Source: Heptranchias perlo (lineage: Eukaryota). From it: a DNA stretch of 64,000 bases. Location: NCBI RefSeq assembly GCF_035084215.1, contig NC_090325.1, positions 115,568,001 through 115,632,000 of the forward strand, in the 5' to 3' direction. The notes beneath the pieces were generated by a model. The model saw nothing but the letters and a program-made list of their open reading frames with translations, did no database searches and had not been told where the DNA came from. Below, piece by piece: positions 11,631 to 25,417 of this stretch (the stretch's first letter is position 1; each line of letters opens with the position of its first letter). The position numbers were made by a program, and so were the translations under genes.

Positions 11631-14600
11631 CATAGAATCATAGAATGGTTACAGCATGGAAGGAGGCCATTCGGCCAGTCGAGTCCGTGCTGGCTCTCTG
11701 CAAGAGCAATCCAGCTAGTCCCACTCTCCCACCCTATCCCCGTAGCCTTGCAAAATTTTTCCCCTTCAAGTACTTATCCAATTCCATTTTGAAAGTCACG
11801 ATTGAATCTGCCTCCACCACCCCCACGGGCAGAGCATTCCAATTCACAACCACACACTGTGTAAAAAGGTTTTTCCTCATGTCACCTTTGGTTCTTTTGC
11901 CAATCACATTAAATCTATGCCCTCTGATTCATGACCCCTCCGCCAATCACAACAGTTTCTCTCTGTCAACTCTGTCCAGACCCTTCATGATTTTGAATAC
12001 CTGTCAAATCTACTTGCAACCTTCTCTGCTCTAAGGAGAACAATCCCAGCTTCTCCAGTCTATGCACGTAACTGAAATCCCTCATCCCTGGAATCATTCC
12101 AGTAAATCTTTTCTGCACCCTCTCTAAGGCCTTCACATCCTTCCTAAAGTGCGGTGCCCTGGACTGGACACAATATTCCAGTTATGGCCGAACCAGTGTT
12201 TTATAAAGGTTCATCATAACTTCCTTACTTTTTTTTTATTCGTTCATGGGATGTGGACGTCGCTGGCAAGCCCAGCATTTATTGCCCATCCCTAATTGCC
12301 CTTGAGAAGGTGGTGGTGAGCCGCCTTCTTGAACCGCTGCAGTCCGTGTGGTGAAGGTTCTCCCACAGTGCTGTTAGGAAGGGAGTTCCAGGATTTTGAC
12401 TCAGTGACGATGAAGGAACGACGATATATTTCCAAGTCGGGATGGTGTGTAACTTGGAGGGAAACATGCAGATGCTGTTGTTCCCATGTACCTGCTGCCC
12501 TTGTCCTTCTAGGTGGTAGAGGTCGCGGGTTTGGGAGGTGCTGTCGAAGAAGCCTTGGCGAGTTGCTGCAGTGCATCCTGTGGATGGTACACACTGCAGC
12601 CACGGTGCGCCGGTGGTGAAGGGAGTGAATGTTTAGGGTGATGGATGGGGTGCCAATCAAGCAGGCTGCTTTGTCCTGGATGGTGTCGAGCTTCTTGAGT
12701 GTTGTTGGAGATGCACTCATCCAGGCAAGTGGAGAGTATTCCATCACATTCCTGACTTGTGCCTTGTAGATGGTAGGAAGGCTTTGGGGAGTCAGGAGGT
12801 GAGTTACTCGCTGCAGAATACCCAGCCACTGATCTGTTCTTGTAGCCACAGTATTTATGTGGCCGGTCCAGTTAAGTTTCTGGTCAATGGTGACCCCCAG
12901 GATGTTGATGGTGGGGGATTCGGTGATGTTAATGCCGTTGAATGTCAAGGGGAGGTGGTTAGACTCTCTCTTGTTGGAGATGCTCATTGTCTGGCACGAA
13001 TGTTCCTTGCCACTTATGAGCCCAAGCCTGGATGTTGTCCAGTTCTTGCTGCATGCGGGCAGGGACTGCTTCATTATCTGAGGCGTTGCGAATGGAACTG
13101 AACACTCTGCAATCATCAGCAAACATGCCCATTTCTGACCTTCTGATGGAGGGAAGGTCATTGATGAAGCAGCTGAAGATAGTTGGGCCTAGGACACTGC
13201 CCTGAGGAACTCCTGCAGCAATGTCCTGGGGCTGAGATGATTGGCCTCCATCGATCACTACCATCTTCCTTTGTGCTAGGTATGACTCCAGCCACTGGAG
13301 AGTTTTCCCCCTGATTCCCATTGACTTCAATTTTACTAGGGCTCCTTGGTGCCACACTCGGTCAAATGCTGCCTTGATGTCAAGGGCAGTCACTCTCACC
13401 TCACCTCTGGAATTCAGCTCTTTTGTCCATGTTTGGACCAAGGCTGTAATGAGCTCTGGAGCTGAGTGGTCCTGGCGGAACTCAAATTGAGCATCGGTGT
13501 GTAGGTTATTGGTGAGTAAGTGCCGCTTGATAGCACTGTCGACGACACCTTCCATCACTTTGCTGATGATTGAGAGTAGACTGATGGGATGGTAATTGGC
13601 CGGATTGGATTTGTCCCGCTTTTTGTGGACAGGACATACTGGGGCAATTTTCCACATTGTCAGGTAGATGCCAGTGTTGGAGCTGTACTGGAACAGTTTG
13701 GCTAGAGGTGCGGCTAGTTCTGGAGCACAAGTCTTCAGCACTACAGCCGGGATGTTGTCGGGGCCCATAGCCTTTGTTGTATCCAGTGCACTCAGCCGTT
13801 CCTTGATATCACGTGGAGTGAATCGAATTGGCTGAAGACTGGCTTCTGTGATGGTGGGAATATCGGGAGGAGGCCGAGATGGATCATCCACTCGGCACTT
13901 CTGGCTGAGGATGGTTGCAAACACTTCAGCCTTGTCTTTATCATTGAGGATGGGGATGTTCACAGAGCCTCCTCCTCCCGTTAGTTATTTAATTGTCCAC
14001 CACCATTCAGCCTGAATGTGGCAGGACTGCAGATCTTTGATCTGATCCATTGGTTGTGGAATTGCTTAGCTCTGTCTATAGCATGCTGTTTCCGCTGTTT
14101 AGCATGCATGTCGTCCTGCGTTGTAGCTTCACCAGGTTGGCACCTCATTTTTATGTACGCATGGTGCTGCTGCTGGCATGATCTTCTACGCTCCTCATTG
14201 AACCAGGGTTGATCCCCTGGCTTGTCGGTAATGGTAGAGTGAGGAATATGCCGGGCCATGAGGTTACAGATTGTGCTGGAATACAATTCTGCTTCTGCTG
14301 ATGGCCCACAGCACCTCATGGATGCCTAGTTTTGAGCTGCTAGATCTGTTCTGAATCTATCCCATTTAGCACGGTGGTAGTGCCACACAACATGTTGGTT
14401 GGTGTCCTTAGTGTAAAGACGAGACTTCGTCTCCACAAGAACTGTGCGGTGGTCACTCCTACCAATACTGTCATGGACAGATGCATCTGCGACAGGTAGA
14501 TTGGTGAGGATGAGGTCAAGTCGGTTTTTCCCTCGTGTTGGTTTTCTCACTACCTGCTGCAGGCCCAGTCTGGCAGCTATGTCCTTCAGGACTTGGCTAG

Positions 14601-15463
14601 CTCGGTCTGTAATGGTGCTACCGAGTCACTCATGGTGATGGACATTGAAGTCCCTCACCCAGAGTACATTCTGTGCCTTTGCTACCCTCAGTGCTTCTTC
14701 CAAGTGGTGTTCAACATGGAGGAGGACTGATTCATCAGCTGAGCGAGGGTTGTAGATGGTAATCAGCAGAAGGTTTCCTTGCCCATGTTTGACCTGATGC
14801 CATGAGATTTCATGGGGTCCGGAGTCAATGTTGAGGACTACCAGGGCCACTCCCTCCTGACTATATATCACTGTACCGCCACCTCTGGTCGGTCTGTCCT
14901 GCCTCTATTTATAAAGCCCAGGATCCCGTATGCTTTTTTAATTGCTTTCTCGACCTGCCCTGCCACCTTCAACGATTTGTGCACATATACCCCCAGATCT
15001 CTCTGTTCCTGCACCCCTTTTAGAATTGTACCATTTAGTTTGTATTGCCTCTCCTCATTCTTCCTTGTATCCCTTCACATTTTTCTGCATTGAGTTTCAT
15101 CTGGCACATGTCCGCCCATTCCACCAGCCTGACTATGCCCTTTTGAAGTCTATCACTATCCTCCTCACTGTTCACTACCCTTCCAAGTTTTGTGTCACCT
15201 GCAAATTTTGAAATTGTGCCCTGTACACCCAAGTCAAAGTCATTAATATATATCCAAAAAAGTAATGGTCGTAGTACCGATCCCTGCGGAACACCACTGT
15301 ATACCTCCCTCCAGTCCGAAAAACAACGTTCACCACTACTCTCTGTTTTCTATTACTTAGCCAATTTCGTATCCAAGCTGCCACTGCCCCCTTTATCCCA
15401 TGGGCTTCAACTTTGATGACAAGCCTATTATGCGGCACCTTATCAAATGCCTTTTGGAAGTCA
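11631..15463 (-). mobile_element. CR1 LINE (11631-12227 and 14901-15463) interrupted by a different LINE
   Basis: The two halves join into the sequence seen uninterrupted in the CR1 at 57665-59429. Confidence 0.87.
12228..14900 (-). mobile_element. Poly(A)-tailed Jockey-group (CR1/L2/Crack-like) LINE, APE + RT, 5'-truncated and frameshifted
   Basis: DFNVHH, PTRGKNRLDLILTN, SDH (APE); GPDNIP, ALDIKAAFDRVWH, GVPQGSVLGP, FADD (RT); AATAAA + A-tail at the 12228 end. Confidence 0.88.
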
Positions 15464-16009
15464 TAAACTTCTTCCGATATATAATTTAGGTGATCAGATG
15501 CAAAATTCCTTGAAAGTGTGAATGCAGGTAGATTAAGCCATTAAGAAGGACAATAGAATTTGGGGTTTTTAACATAGGTCTCAGGAATAAAGAGGTTATG
15601 AAAAATGTGTACAAAACATTGGTTAGGTCACAGTTAGAGGACACTGTGCAGTTTTGGATGGCCATTATGGAAAGGGCATTAAAGGCTTTGAGAACTTACA
15701 GTACAGATTCACCAGGATGATGCCAGGGATGGGAAACTACATTTATGAGGAGAGATTTAAGATACTGGACTATTTCCACACATCAGAAAAGGCTTTAAGG
15801 AGATTTAATTGAGGTTTTTAAAATTGTAATGGGTTTTTATAGTGAATAGGGAAAGATTATTTTTTATGCAGAGGGCTGTTGGAGAATGAAATGATTTGCC
15901 ACAGGTGGAGAGCATTGTATATTTTAGGGAAAATTAGATAAATATTTGAGCAATAGTTGATAAATGGCAATGGGGAAAGAGAATGCCAGTGGGATTAGTT
16001 TTCTCGCCC

Positions 16010-16300
16010 AACACCTCAGAGCAGTACTGAGGGAGTGCTGCACTGTTGGGGATACTATCTTTCCATGAGCCCTTAAACTGAGAACCTGTCAGCTCTCTCA
16101 GGTGGAAGGAAAAGATCCCATGGCACTTGTCGAAAAAGAGCAGGGGAGCTCTGGCCAATATTTATCCCTCAAACAACTTATCTCCTCATTATCTGATTGT
16201 TGTTTGTGAAACTTTGCTGTGTTCAAATTGGCTGCTGTGTTTCCTACATTATAACAGTTGTCAACAGTGACAACACTTCAAAAGTAATTCAAAGGTTGCA
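16010..16300 (+). mobile_element. DeuSINE (SacSINE1/AmnSINE1-like) fragment
   Basis: GCAGTACTGAGGGAGTGCTGCA...CTCTCAGGTGGA..AAAGATCCCATGGCAC...GGCCAATATTTATCCCTCAA Deu-domain-like sequence, shared with copies at 30022 and 56196. Confidence 0.75.
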
Positions 16301-16609
16301 AAGCTGATAGAGTTAGTTGAAGTCGGGTGGGAGGAGGCTTGTGGTGAAGCACAAACATCGGCACAGACCAGTTGGGTCGAATGGCCTGTGGTTGTGAAAC
16401 GCACTATATAATTTCTGTAAACATCAATGATTCACATCCTCGGAGTACTGTGCCTTTAACCAAATCCTGTGACGGAAAAATGTGTTATTGTATGTAACTT
16501 AAATATAAATGTACCATTGTGAAATTGTACCCATCAGCATGCTTTCTGCAGGGTTGTATCTGCGTGCCTTGTCTAGCTGATTATAATTTCCAGTTTGTTA
16601 CTTAAATGT

Positions 16610-16842
16610 TCTTTTGGGGCAGGCGTTTACAGAAATTCCAGAGTTCCTTTTATGGTGTGGGATGGAGGCTAGAGGGCTGGGCTCAACCATCCGGAAACAG
16701 CGCTGTTTGTGTAATAACAAAAAAAAACTGAGACACTGATTTCCCAACACGTCGCACACAACTTTGACAAAATTAACCATTCACAAACAGCAGCACTCCA
16801 GGGAGAACAACTGCGCTACGACTTATTTTTCATAAAGTGAGT
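16610..16842 (+). promoter_or_regulatory. Candidate promoter / non-coding first exon of the BLVRB-like gene
   Basis: Non-repeat, CpG-retaining patch with CCGGAA (ETS-like) motif ending in AAA|GTGAGT donor consensus at 16837. Confidence 0.35.
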
Positions 16843-17284
16843 ATATTCTGTCAAATTGTGTTGTCTAGTGTTTCACGTTGGGGAATTTTACTACACGTAC
16901 CTACATAAGGAATGTTGCGTTTGTAGTTTGAACATTGTGAATGAAAACACAGTTCGTAACCGGTTCTGGAGTAAAACCAAGTAACAACATTGGTTGTGCA
17001 CTATTACTATTTCTTGCTAGTGTTGATGAAATCCACATTCTTATTTTGTTAAACCGAAAAAACCACAGATTCTGAAACCAAAGTAGGAAAGGTTGTAAAA
17101 CAGGTTAGTCAGGATCTGTGGAGAAAGTATTCACCACACCTGGAACCTCGACGTGTCTATTCTGGAGTATCTCCAGCATTTTCTGTTTTTGTTCATAATT
17201 TGTTAATTGACTGCTGTCTTGCATTTGCCCACATTACAACAGTTTGAAAGTAATTAATTGGCTATGAAGTGTTACACCCAGTTA

Positions 17285-18140
17285 CATCTAAACTGCAGCA
17301 CAGAAACGGCCATTAGGCCCAATTGGTCTATGCCGGCATTAATGCTCCCCACACCAGCCTCCTCCCTCCCTACTTCATCTAACCCTATCAGGATACCCCT
17401 CTGTACCTTTCTCCCCCATGTGCTTATCTAGCTTCCCCTTAAATACATCTATGCTATTTGTCTCAACTACTCCTTGTGGTAGTGTAATCCACATTCTTAC
17501 CACTCTTTGGGTAAAGAAGTTTCTCCTGAATTCCCTATTGGATTTATTAGTGACTATTTTATATTTATGACCTCTAGTTTTGGACAAGTGGAAAAATTTT
17601 CTCCACGTCTACCCTATCATTATCTTAAAGACCTTTATCAGGTCACCCCTCAGCCTTCTCTTTTCTAGAGAAAAGAGCACCAGCCTGTTCAGCCTTTCCT
17701 GATAAGGATATCCTCTCAGTTCTGGTAGCATCCTTGTGAATCTTTTTTGCACCCTCTCCAATGCCTCTAAAATCCTTTCTATAATATGGAGAATAGAACT
17801 GTGCACAATACTCCAAGTGTGGCCTAACCAAAGTTCTACACAAGTTTAACATAACTTCTTTGCTTTTCAATTCTGTCCCTCTAGAAATGAACCCTAGTGC
17901 TTGATTTGCCTTTTTTATGGCCTTATTAACCTGTGTTGCTACTTTTAGTGATTTGTGTATCTGTATCCCTAGATCTCTTTGCTCCTCTATCCCATTTAGA
18001 CTTATTATTCAAGCAGTATGTGACCTCTTTATTCTTCCTACCAAAATGTGCCACCTCACACTTATTTATATTGAAATTCATTTGCCAATTACATGCCCAC
18101 TCTGCAAGTTTATTAATATTCTCTTGCATTTTAACGCATT
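17285..18140 (-). mobile_element. CR1 LINE 3' part
   Basis: LVRPHLEYCAQF, LFSLEKRRLRGDLI, TRGHKYK, RRNFFTQRVV. Confidence 0.88.
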
Positions 18141-21100
18141 CTTCCTTTTGTATGAGACATCCTGAGGATGTGAAAGGTGCTTTATAAATGCAAGCTTTTC
18201 TTCCAGTGGATAGTTCTGATTTACTGAGCAGAGGTTAAACCTTACGCTCAGCATGAAATTCCAAACCTGCTAAGTGCCACTTATTAGAACTAACAGTCCT
18301 TCACTTCTTTTGTTCATAAACATTGTCTCTATACTGTTATGTGTTCAAATAGCTAATAAACTAAATTTGAGATTTTTTTTGTTTGCTTAACAATGTGAGC
18401 TGTTTTAGCATATGTTACTTAAAATGAACAAGATTTAAACTATTTAGCAGTATGTTCCACTCTTGCTTATGATAAATGTTGTTCCTAAAATTTCTCCTAA
18501 TGTTGCCAGCTCAGTGCTCCCAATTGAAAATCAGGGGCAAATATAAAATAACAAAATTGACTTAGCATGCAATTACACAACGTTTAGCCTCTGTTCAAAG
18601 CAGTTTTAGCATTGCACCAACGCTAAGCTTGTGCAATGTAAATCTGGTGTTAAGGCACAAACTAACTCCAAAGTGAAGCTCTGGTGTCAGGTTGGGCCCT
18701 GATTCCAGTTTCAGGGTGTATTTATATTAAGTTGTAGTGCACTCTTAAAGGCATTTTTGTTGTATTGGTGAGTTTTGTCTCAGGCTCATTATCTGGAACA
18801 GGTTGCCAACTGTGACCACTCTAAATGCTGCCTATCTGGGGATGTTTGTTCTGTCACAGATGGCAGATCTATCACAAATCAAACTATTGTAATGCAGTTC
18901 AGGGAACTAAGCAGGGTCTTTCTGAGATTGAATTGGCTACAAGATAACAAGCCTGGTGAAGGGAGATTACAACAAAGTCAACCCTTCATTGGTAATCTGG
19001 TACCTGAGCTAGCCATGTGTGCACTACCCCAGGGCATTTTTGATGATTGACCAGCAAGCCTGTTGTATTAATGGAATCTGGAGGGGTAGATATGTAAATT
19101 GGGTTTGGGAATCTTCCACTCTGCTCCTGCAAGCCTGTACCCTAACTGATAGGGTGGTCCTAGCTGGACGAGTTCACCAGGTCACAGTGCTGGTAATCTA
19201 AATGGTTTTAGCTGGTTAAATTCTAGCATTATCTAATGTATATGTGGGTGTCTGTAAGCCTTGGTCCTTGTCAACCTGCATCTAAGCTCTCTGGACTTAG
19301 GTTAGTGGAATTTACAGACTATATTGAGCAACTGCTTGGATTTCTCAGTAGCTTGATTTGGAGACTCTTAAGCATACAGCTGACCGTAAGAAATGATGCA
19401 GCCATAAGCAATTTATTTCTCTCCTCACTTGTCAAGGGGTGCAGAAGTACTTTGTAGCACCCCCACCACTGCCCTGAATAAAATCCACTAACTTAGTACA
19501 GACCAGGATTAAACCTGGGACCTCCATGCTTTATATGGTTCACTATTGCACCATGTACATTTATCCATGGAATAGATCATACTCAATTAATACAGGCTCT
19601 TATGTAAAAAAAAACCCACAGAATCTTAGAATTACTTCATTTTATTATTATAGTTTTTCTATGCTGCTATTGGAATCTTCTTGTACTTATTTTTTAGGTG
19701 AGGTATGACACTATGTGAATGTACTTTTACCGAGATGCAAACAGAATTTAAATCTTAATCGTTAATATTTCTTTTGTTATGAAGTCTCTTTCTAGTTTGT
19801 GAAAACTGGATTGGTGTCAAGCACAAATAATTAACTATGATGAATTCTGATCTATTTGTTGGTTTGGGATTGATTATAGACAGCTTCAGGATTATAGCAT
19901 GTTGGGAACTGGATCTTTTGACGTCTAAAGAAAATCAAACTCTCACTATGATTCGTGATCCAGAGAAGAACATTAGCCAACATTTGGGTTGAATGTTCAT
20001 GTGTGCAAACTAGGAAAAAAGGCCCACAGTTTGTGCATTGAATACTGGTAACAACAATAGTGCATGTGATGCTATCTCCAATGGAATTTTGGCTTTTGGC
20101 AGTTACTGATAAAAGCTTGTTTTTGTCTGGGGAAAGGAATGGGGAAGTGTGTTGGAAAAATGCATTAAAACAAATTGATTTTATTGTAACAGAAAATATG
20201 AAAATTGTTTTCTGAAACATATCTTGGCATTATCAAAATTGGAAAGGGACACAATAACACAGTTGTAGTGTCTTTTTGAAAGCACTGCATGGATGAGAGC
20301 AGGTGATAAGTATTTGCATTCAATTAGAAAAGCTACTTTAGGGATGTATTACCAAAATAATGTGTTCATTAAGTCTATTCCACAAAGTGCATCAATCATA
20401 CAGGATGTTCTAAAATCCAGTTTTGATCACAGAGAGAACATTAACGCCCTTTATATCACAAAATATTTATTTGACCAACATTTATTCTTTGCCATCATTC
20501 AGTAGTTACTGTGGGACCAAAGTTCCCCAATCCCACTCTGCCGCCAAATCTATGGTGGACTGGATTCGCTCACCACCAATAAGAGGAAAACCTGAGCAGC
20601 CAGAGTTTCCAGGGACAGGCTGTTTACATAAGAGGCGGGTGCCAGTGTGGGCCATCTTGGGCATCAGCTGGGTAGGGTGGGGATGCAAAATACAGTGCTT
20701 GGGAAGAAGCTGGTAAGCCTGGCTGAAAATGGCAACAACTGTGGAAATCAGATTCCTTTTATAAGGTCGACTTCAGTGTGTCAGCTTTTAACCTTCTGGG
20801 GTTTTGCAGTCCAAGGTCATGGTCTGGAACACCTTTGTCGGCCCCAATTATGCTCCTCCATTGACCTAGATGCTGGTTTCTTGCCAGTGTCCAAGTCGCT
20901 TAAGACAAAGGAGGTGAGAGCAGCAGTAATTCTGGCAGGTGATGCCATTCAGCCTCCCTGCCTCCTTCTTGATGTCAAGCCTTCAATGGGGTGACCAGAA
21001 ATTCTGCCTACCCTCACCCTCCAGGAAATCCTGTAAAAGGTGGAAACTTGGCATTTTTGGGTCCTGCTTGCTTTTCAACCCTTTCATCATCTTCTTCCCT

Positions 21101-22674
21101 TTTACAGCAGTACCCCACCCTAATCCCCAAAGAAATTCAGGGATTGTATCTTCTCAGACACATTAATAGGTTGTCTGAAGACTCCTTTTTTTTTTCTCCT
21201 GCCCTTCTCCTGAAGGTGAATGTAGAAATACAGTTTCATGGGTGCTGGTAACCCTCCAATCTCTAATCTAAGTGGCCATTCCTCATTTATGAGCCTAGAT
21301 AGTGAGTGTTGGGAGATTTCCATGTTGTAACTTCTATGATTCTATGATTCTATGATTCTATTTCATAGCTGAGTCCAATCCTATCCTCACCCAACACCCC
21401 GAAGTGTAATTTCCAGCTGAGTCTATGCTGTACAGTCCAGGATAGAAGCCAATTGTAGTGCTAACTAAGCATGGACCAGGGATTGAATCTGGGACCTCCT
21501 AGTCTGTATGATCCAGTGCTACATTACTCTATTTAGCCAGCAAAGGAACCTGGAGACCCCTTTTTTTTTTAAATACAGCCTATTCAGGTACATCTTTTGG
21601 CCTACCTTTTTAAGTACCACGGAAATATTTTTTTCATCAAAATGGGAAAATAGTGTGGTACATATTGTATTTTAGCGAAGTAAGGAGGGAGGAGGCTCGT
21701 GTGAAGCATAAACATGGAAGGAGGCCATTCGGCCCATCGAGTCCGTGACGGCTCTCTGCAAGTGCAATCCAGCTAGTCTCCAGCCCTATCCCTCCAGATC
21801 ACAACCACTCGCAGTGTAAAAATGTTTTTTCTCATGTCGCCTTTGGTTCTTTTGCCAATCACCTCAAATCTATGTCCATTGGTTCTTGACCCTCCTTGAA
21901 GACGCTCCTTAAAACCTACCTTTTACCTGTCCCAATACCTCCTTATGTAGTTCGGTGTCATATTCTGTTTGATAATGCTCCTGTGAAGCGCCTTGGGACG
22001 TTTTACCAAGTTAAAGGTGCCATATAAATGCAAGTTGTTGTTGTAGTGAGCAACAACAAAATAGGTAATGAATCCTTAATTGCATTTGTTAATGCAAATT
22101 TTAAAACGTTGATTATCAGTTATGAAGTAGAAAAAACAAATTACAAAAAATTACACTGTTGCAAATGTGACATCTGCTATAGAATAAACTAAACCAACAG
22201 AGAACATCTAGAATTTGAGTTGAGTTCTTAGGGGAATACTGTGAAACCCATTTCCCACACCACTCATCTTTGGCAATCTCACCCAGAGCTGTGAAGCATA
22301 GTCAGAGTTTTATGCCATGGACCCACACTAGCATGAACTGAGTTAAGACTGCCTAAAGTCGTTTCACTTAGAATACTTGCAGCCAACAGCAAGAGCCTTT
22401 GCTTCTGTCGGTCTGGCCTGTTTTCAAAGCCAAGGTCCAGAAGTGAAAGGAAAGTGTTTTAGAGCACTGCACCATCCAGCTCCTACCCCACTTCTGACAA
22501 TTTATGCATTGATTGAACAGAAAGTATGAGTTCTTACAGTAAGTACTAGAGTGTGACTATGTTAGAAATTTACATGGAAATTATTATTACATTTAAAACC
22601 ACATTTCAAATTATAAACATGACCATCTGCTGATAGTCTGTGTAACTTCTTGACTGCTACTTTCAGAACGAAGA

Positions 22675-22809
22675 ATGAAGCTCTTGGTGCTTGGGGCCAC
22701 AGGACAAACTGGCCAGTTTCTAGTGAGACAAGCCCTCGGCCAGGGCCATGTGGTGAAAGCTGTTGTGAGAACTCCCAGCAAGCTTACCATTCAGCATGAC
22801 AACCTGAAG
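22675..22809 (+). CDS. BLVRB-like flavin reductase / NAD(P)-binding atypical SDR, coding exon 1
   Basis: MKLLVLGATGQTGQFLVRQAL...HDNLK with Rossmann GATGxTG motif; acceptor TTTCAG ends 22666 (so an upstream non-coding exon exists); donor GTAATT at 22810. Confidence 0.92.
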
Positions 22810-22994
22810 GTAATTACTGGCATCATAGAATTCTTTTGTGTACTACACACTGAAGCACACTTACTTACAAATGTAGATTCCCCAACAGAGTGAATTGTAC
22901 TAAATCAAGAATGTTACTGGGTTTCCAACTTTCAATATAGATGACACCTCAACCCAATTTAATTGTTCCTTATATATTATTGCCTTTTTTGCAG

Positions 22995-23196
22995 GTGGTG
23001 GAAGCAAACATCTTCTCAGCTGACAGCCTTGCGGAGCACTTTGATGAGCAGGATGCCGTCATGTCCTGTCTTGGGTTTCCAGTGAGCATATTTTCTGCAG
23101 TTACTGGATATACGGAATCAGTGAAAGCTGTAGTTGCTGCTATGCGTAAGGCAAAAGTGAATCGAGTTATAGCAATGACGTCCTGGTATACTAAAC
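22995..23196 (+). CDS. BLVRB-like, coding exon 2
   Basis: TTTTTTGCAG acceptor; VVEANIFSADSLAEHFDEQDAVMSCLG...NRVIAMTSWYTK; phase-1 donor GTGAGT at 23197. Confidence 0.92.
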
Positions 23197-23734
23197 GTGA
23201 GTCCTTTTTAGACTAACATTTGGACTTAAAAGAGGCGATATTCAATTCGGGCAGACATCGGATGGGTGGGGCCCACCTGATGCCGTCGGCAGGAGGCCCT
23301 ATCGATTTTGTGGATCGGGCCTGCTATTACTAAATGAACACTGACAGGCAGCTTGCTGATTGATGGGGAAGGCCATCAGTATAGATGAGGTATTGCAGGT
23401 CTATCAGTGGCTGTAGATGTAAACCTCAGTGTGACTCATTGCCTTTACAAGAGGAAGGGGAAAAAATCCAATATTGCTATTCAGTGATAGTGTGTTCGAT
23501 TTTACGTTTCCATCCAATTTACTATTTTTACCCATTTATAACATTTTTAAGACTAAATGGCAGATTATTTTCCTAGCCCTTGGGCACCGTCCTTGGATGT
23601 CGTATAAAGTCATATACCTCATATACCCCATAACTCAAAGTATCTTCTGAAAAGTACACACCTTCAGTAGTGAGAAGACCTTTTTAAGCAAGAGTATTGA
23701 AACCAACTGTATGAATTCTATACATAAAAAGAAA

Positions 23735-23945
23735 ATCCACAAATGCTGGAAATTTGAAAGAAAAGCAGAAAACTCTGGAACTGCAAAGCAAGTTGGTCAG
23801 TATTTGAAAGAGAAAGATCGCTTAACATTTCAGTTGGAATCCTTCATGAGAACCATTCTGATGAAGGGTCCTACTCACAACATTGACCTACCTTTCTCTT
23901 TCCAATGCTACTATGGTGTATTTTCAGCATTTTCTGTTGTCATAG
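23735..23945. mobile_element. Old inverted pair of Penelope family-2-like termini
   Basis: CAGAAAACTCTGGAA...TTCATGAGAAC / TTCTGATGAAGGGTC...TTCAGCATTTTCTG: degenerate head-to-head arms. Confidence 0.5.
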
Positions 23946-24600
23946 ACAACATATAATATTGCAATTGCAACTGCAATGTACTTTGTTTCATCTGTTTCTT
24001 TTATTTAAAAGAAAACCCCACATTTTTAAATGCTGAGTGTTGATTAGTTTTATAATCCATTTTATGTAAGTCGATGAAATGGATCTGGAAGATAATATTT
24101 TCAGTGGCACCATTGTGCCTCTGGAAGCGTGGTGGAGCAGGACTTCCGCCCACTGCCTTGCTCCCACCGTGACCTATCCCAAATCCCATATTAACATATT
24201 TTGGACACGTACCTGTGCCTGTAGCAACACAATAGAGGTGCCTATCTAGTGAGGGAGTTGGAATCTCGGAGCAGCAAAGTGCGCTCAGAGAGGGGGAACC
24301 GCAGGCCTGTTGGGATGACGATCTTAAAGCAGGAGATTTTCTAAAAGTTTTCTCTCTGTTAGGCCCAGAACTGAACAACTATCAGTACTTTTGGGATTGA
24401 TTACTGTTACACTCCTGCCCAGAGGCACGTTTGCAGACCTGAACAGAGTTGTGACTATACAGATCCTTGGTCCAGTTTGCACCAATGATGCCACAAGCAA
24501 AGGAGTACATTTAAACTTGACAGCTCTGCCCTTTTAGGGAGATTATGTGAAGGAAATATTGTAGTCCTTTTGGAATAAAAGCAGTGTATTTATTTTACAG

Positions 24601-24768
24601 CTGAAACTGCTCATAATTCTTCTTGGATGGTGAGGTGGTTCTTGATTCCCATGATCCGCAACATACTGAACAATATGCAAGAGATGGAAAATTATTTAAA
24701 CAAGGAATGCGAGGATCTCAACTGGACTGTAATAAGACCACCAGAGCTTCAGAATGCACCGGAAACAG
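24601..24768 (+). CDS. BLVRB-like, coding exon 3
   Basis: Not in the ORF track. TTTTACAG acceptor, phase 1-1, 168 nt: (P)ETAHNSSWMVRWFLIPMIRNILNNMQEMENYLNKECEDLNWTVIRPPELQNAPET with the family WTVxRP motif; GT donor at 24769. Confidence 0.9.
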
Positions 24769-25249
24769 GTTAAAATCTTGTTTTTTTTTCAATTCCACCT
24801 CCCCACATTCTATGCACCTCTCTAAGAAGGGTTTCCTGTAATGCACAGCTGCTTCTCATCCAGGGACGGGCATCCTGTTGCAAATTCATATTTTTTTTCA
24901 GCATTTCAGCATAAAAAGTTGAAATTGTGCTTTTACGATGATGTAGTTTGCAGGCCATTTCCTGGATTTGAAAATGGCACCGGGCCACGCAGTTCTAGTG
25001 GGAGTAGGAGATTGCAGTGTAAGACTTGCACTTTGGCAGCAGAATTTTTAAAAAGCAGATCCAGTCCAGCTTCATTTCTGCTGCTGCCAACTCTTCTCAC
25101 CCCACATCCTTTACCAATCTCTAGTCGAGGTTGTTCCCTTTTTATTTTCATTATTCCTTTTCTAGGTTCCTTGCTTCCTTTTTATTTTTCCAGGCTGCCC
25201 AAGTTTATTTTTGATTTTTTTTTTCAAACTGCTTCTGCTCACACTTACT

Positions 25250-25417
25250 GCAGGTAATTGTGACTTTGGTTGATGGTGTAAAACGATATTGATTCAGCTG
25301 CCCGTTATACACCTCACCTGATTTTCATTTCAAATAAAAATTGAGAGAGGTGTGTAACAGGCAGCGGAATCGATAGCGCCTGTTTTACACTATCACCCAA
25401 ATTCAAAATTACCCCCC
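25250..25417. mobile_element. Palindromic MITE remnant
   Basis: GGTAATTGTGACTTTGGTTGATGGTGTAAAAC ... GTTTTACACTATCACCCAAATTCAAAATTACC inverted arms. Confidence 0.65.

Noticed and set aside
12292-13963. 334-aa and 289-aa RT ORFs as an active or domesticated gene
   Set aside because: Frameshifted, 5'-truncated LINE ORF2 with stops upstream.
21332-21361. (TTCTATGA)3 short tandem repeat
   Set aside because: Matches the CR1 3' tail unit; most likely an extremely truncated CR1 insertion.
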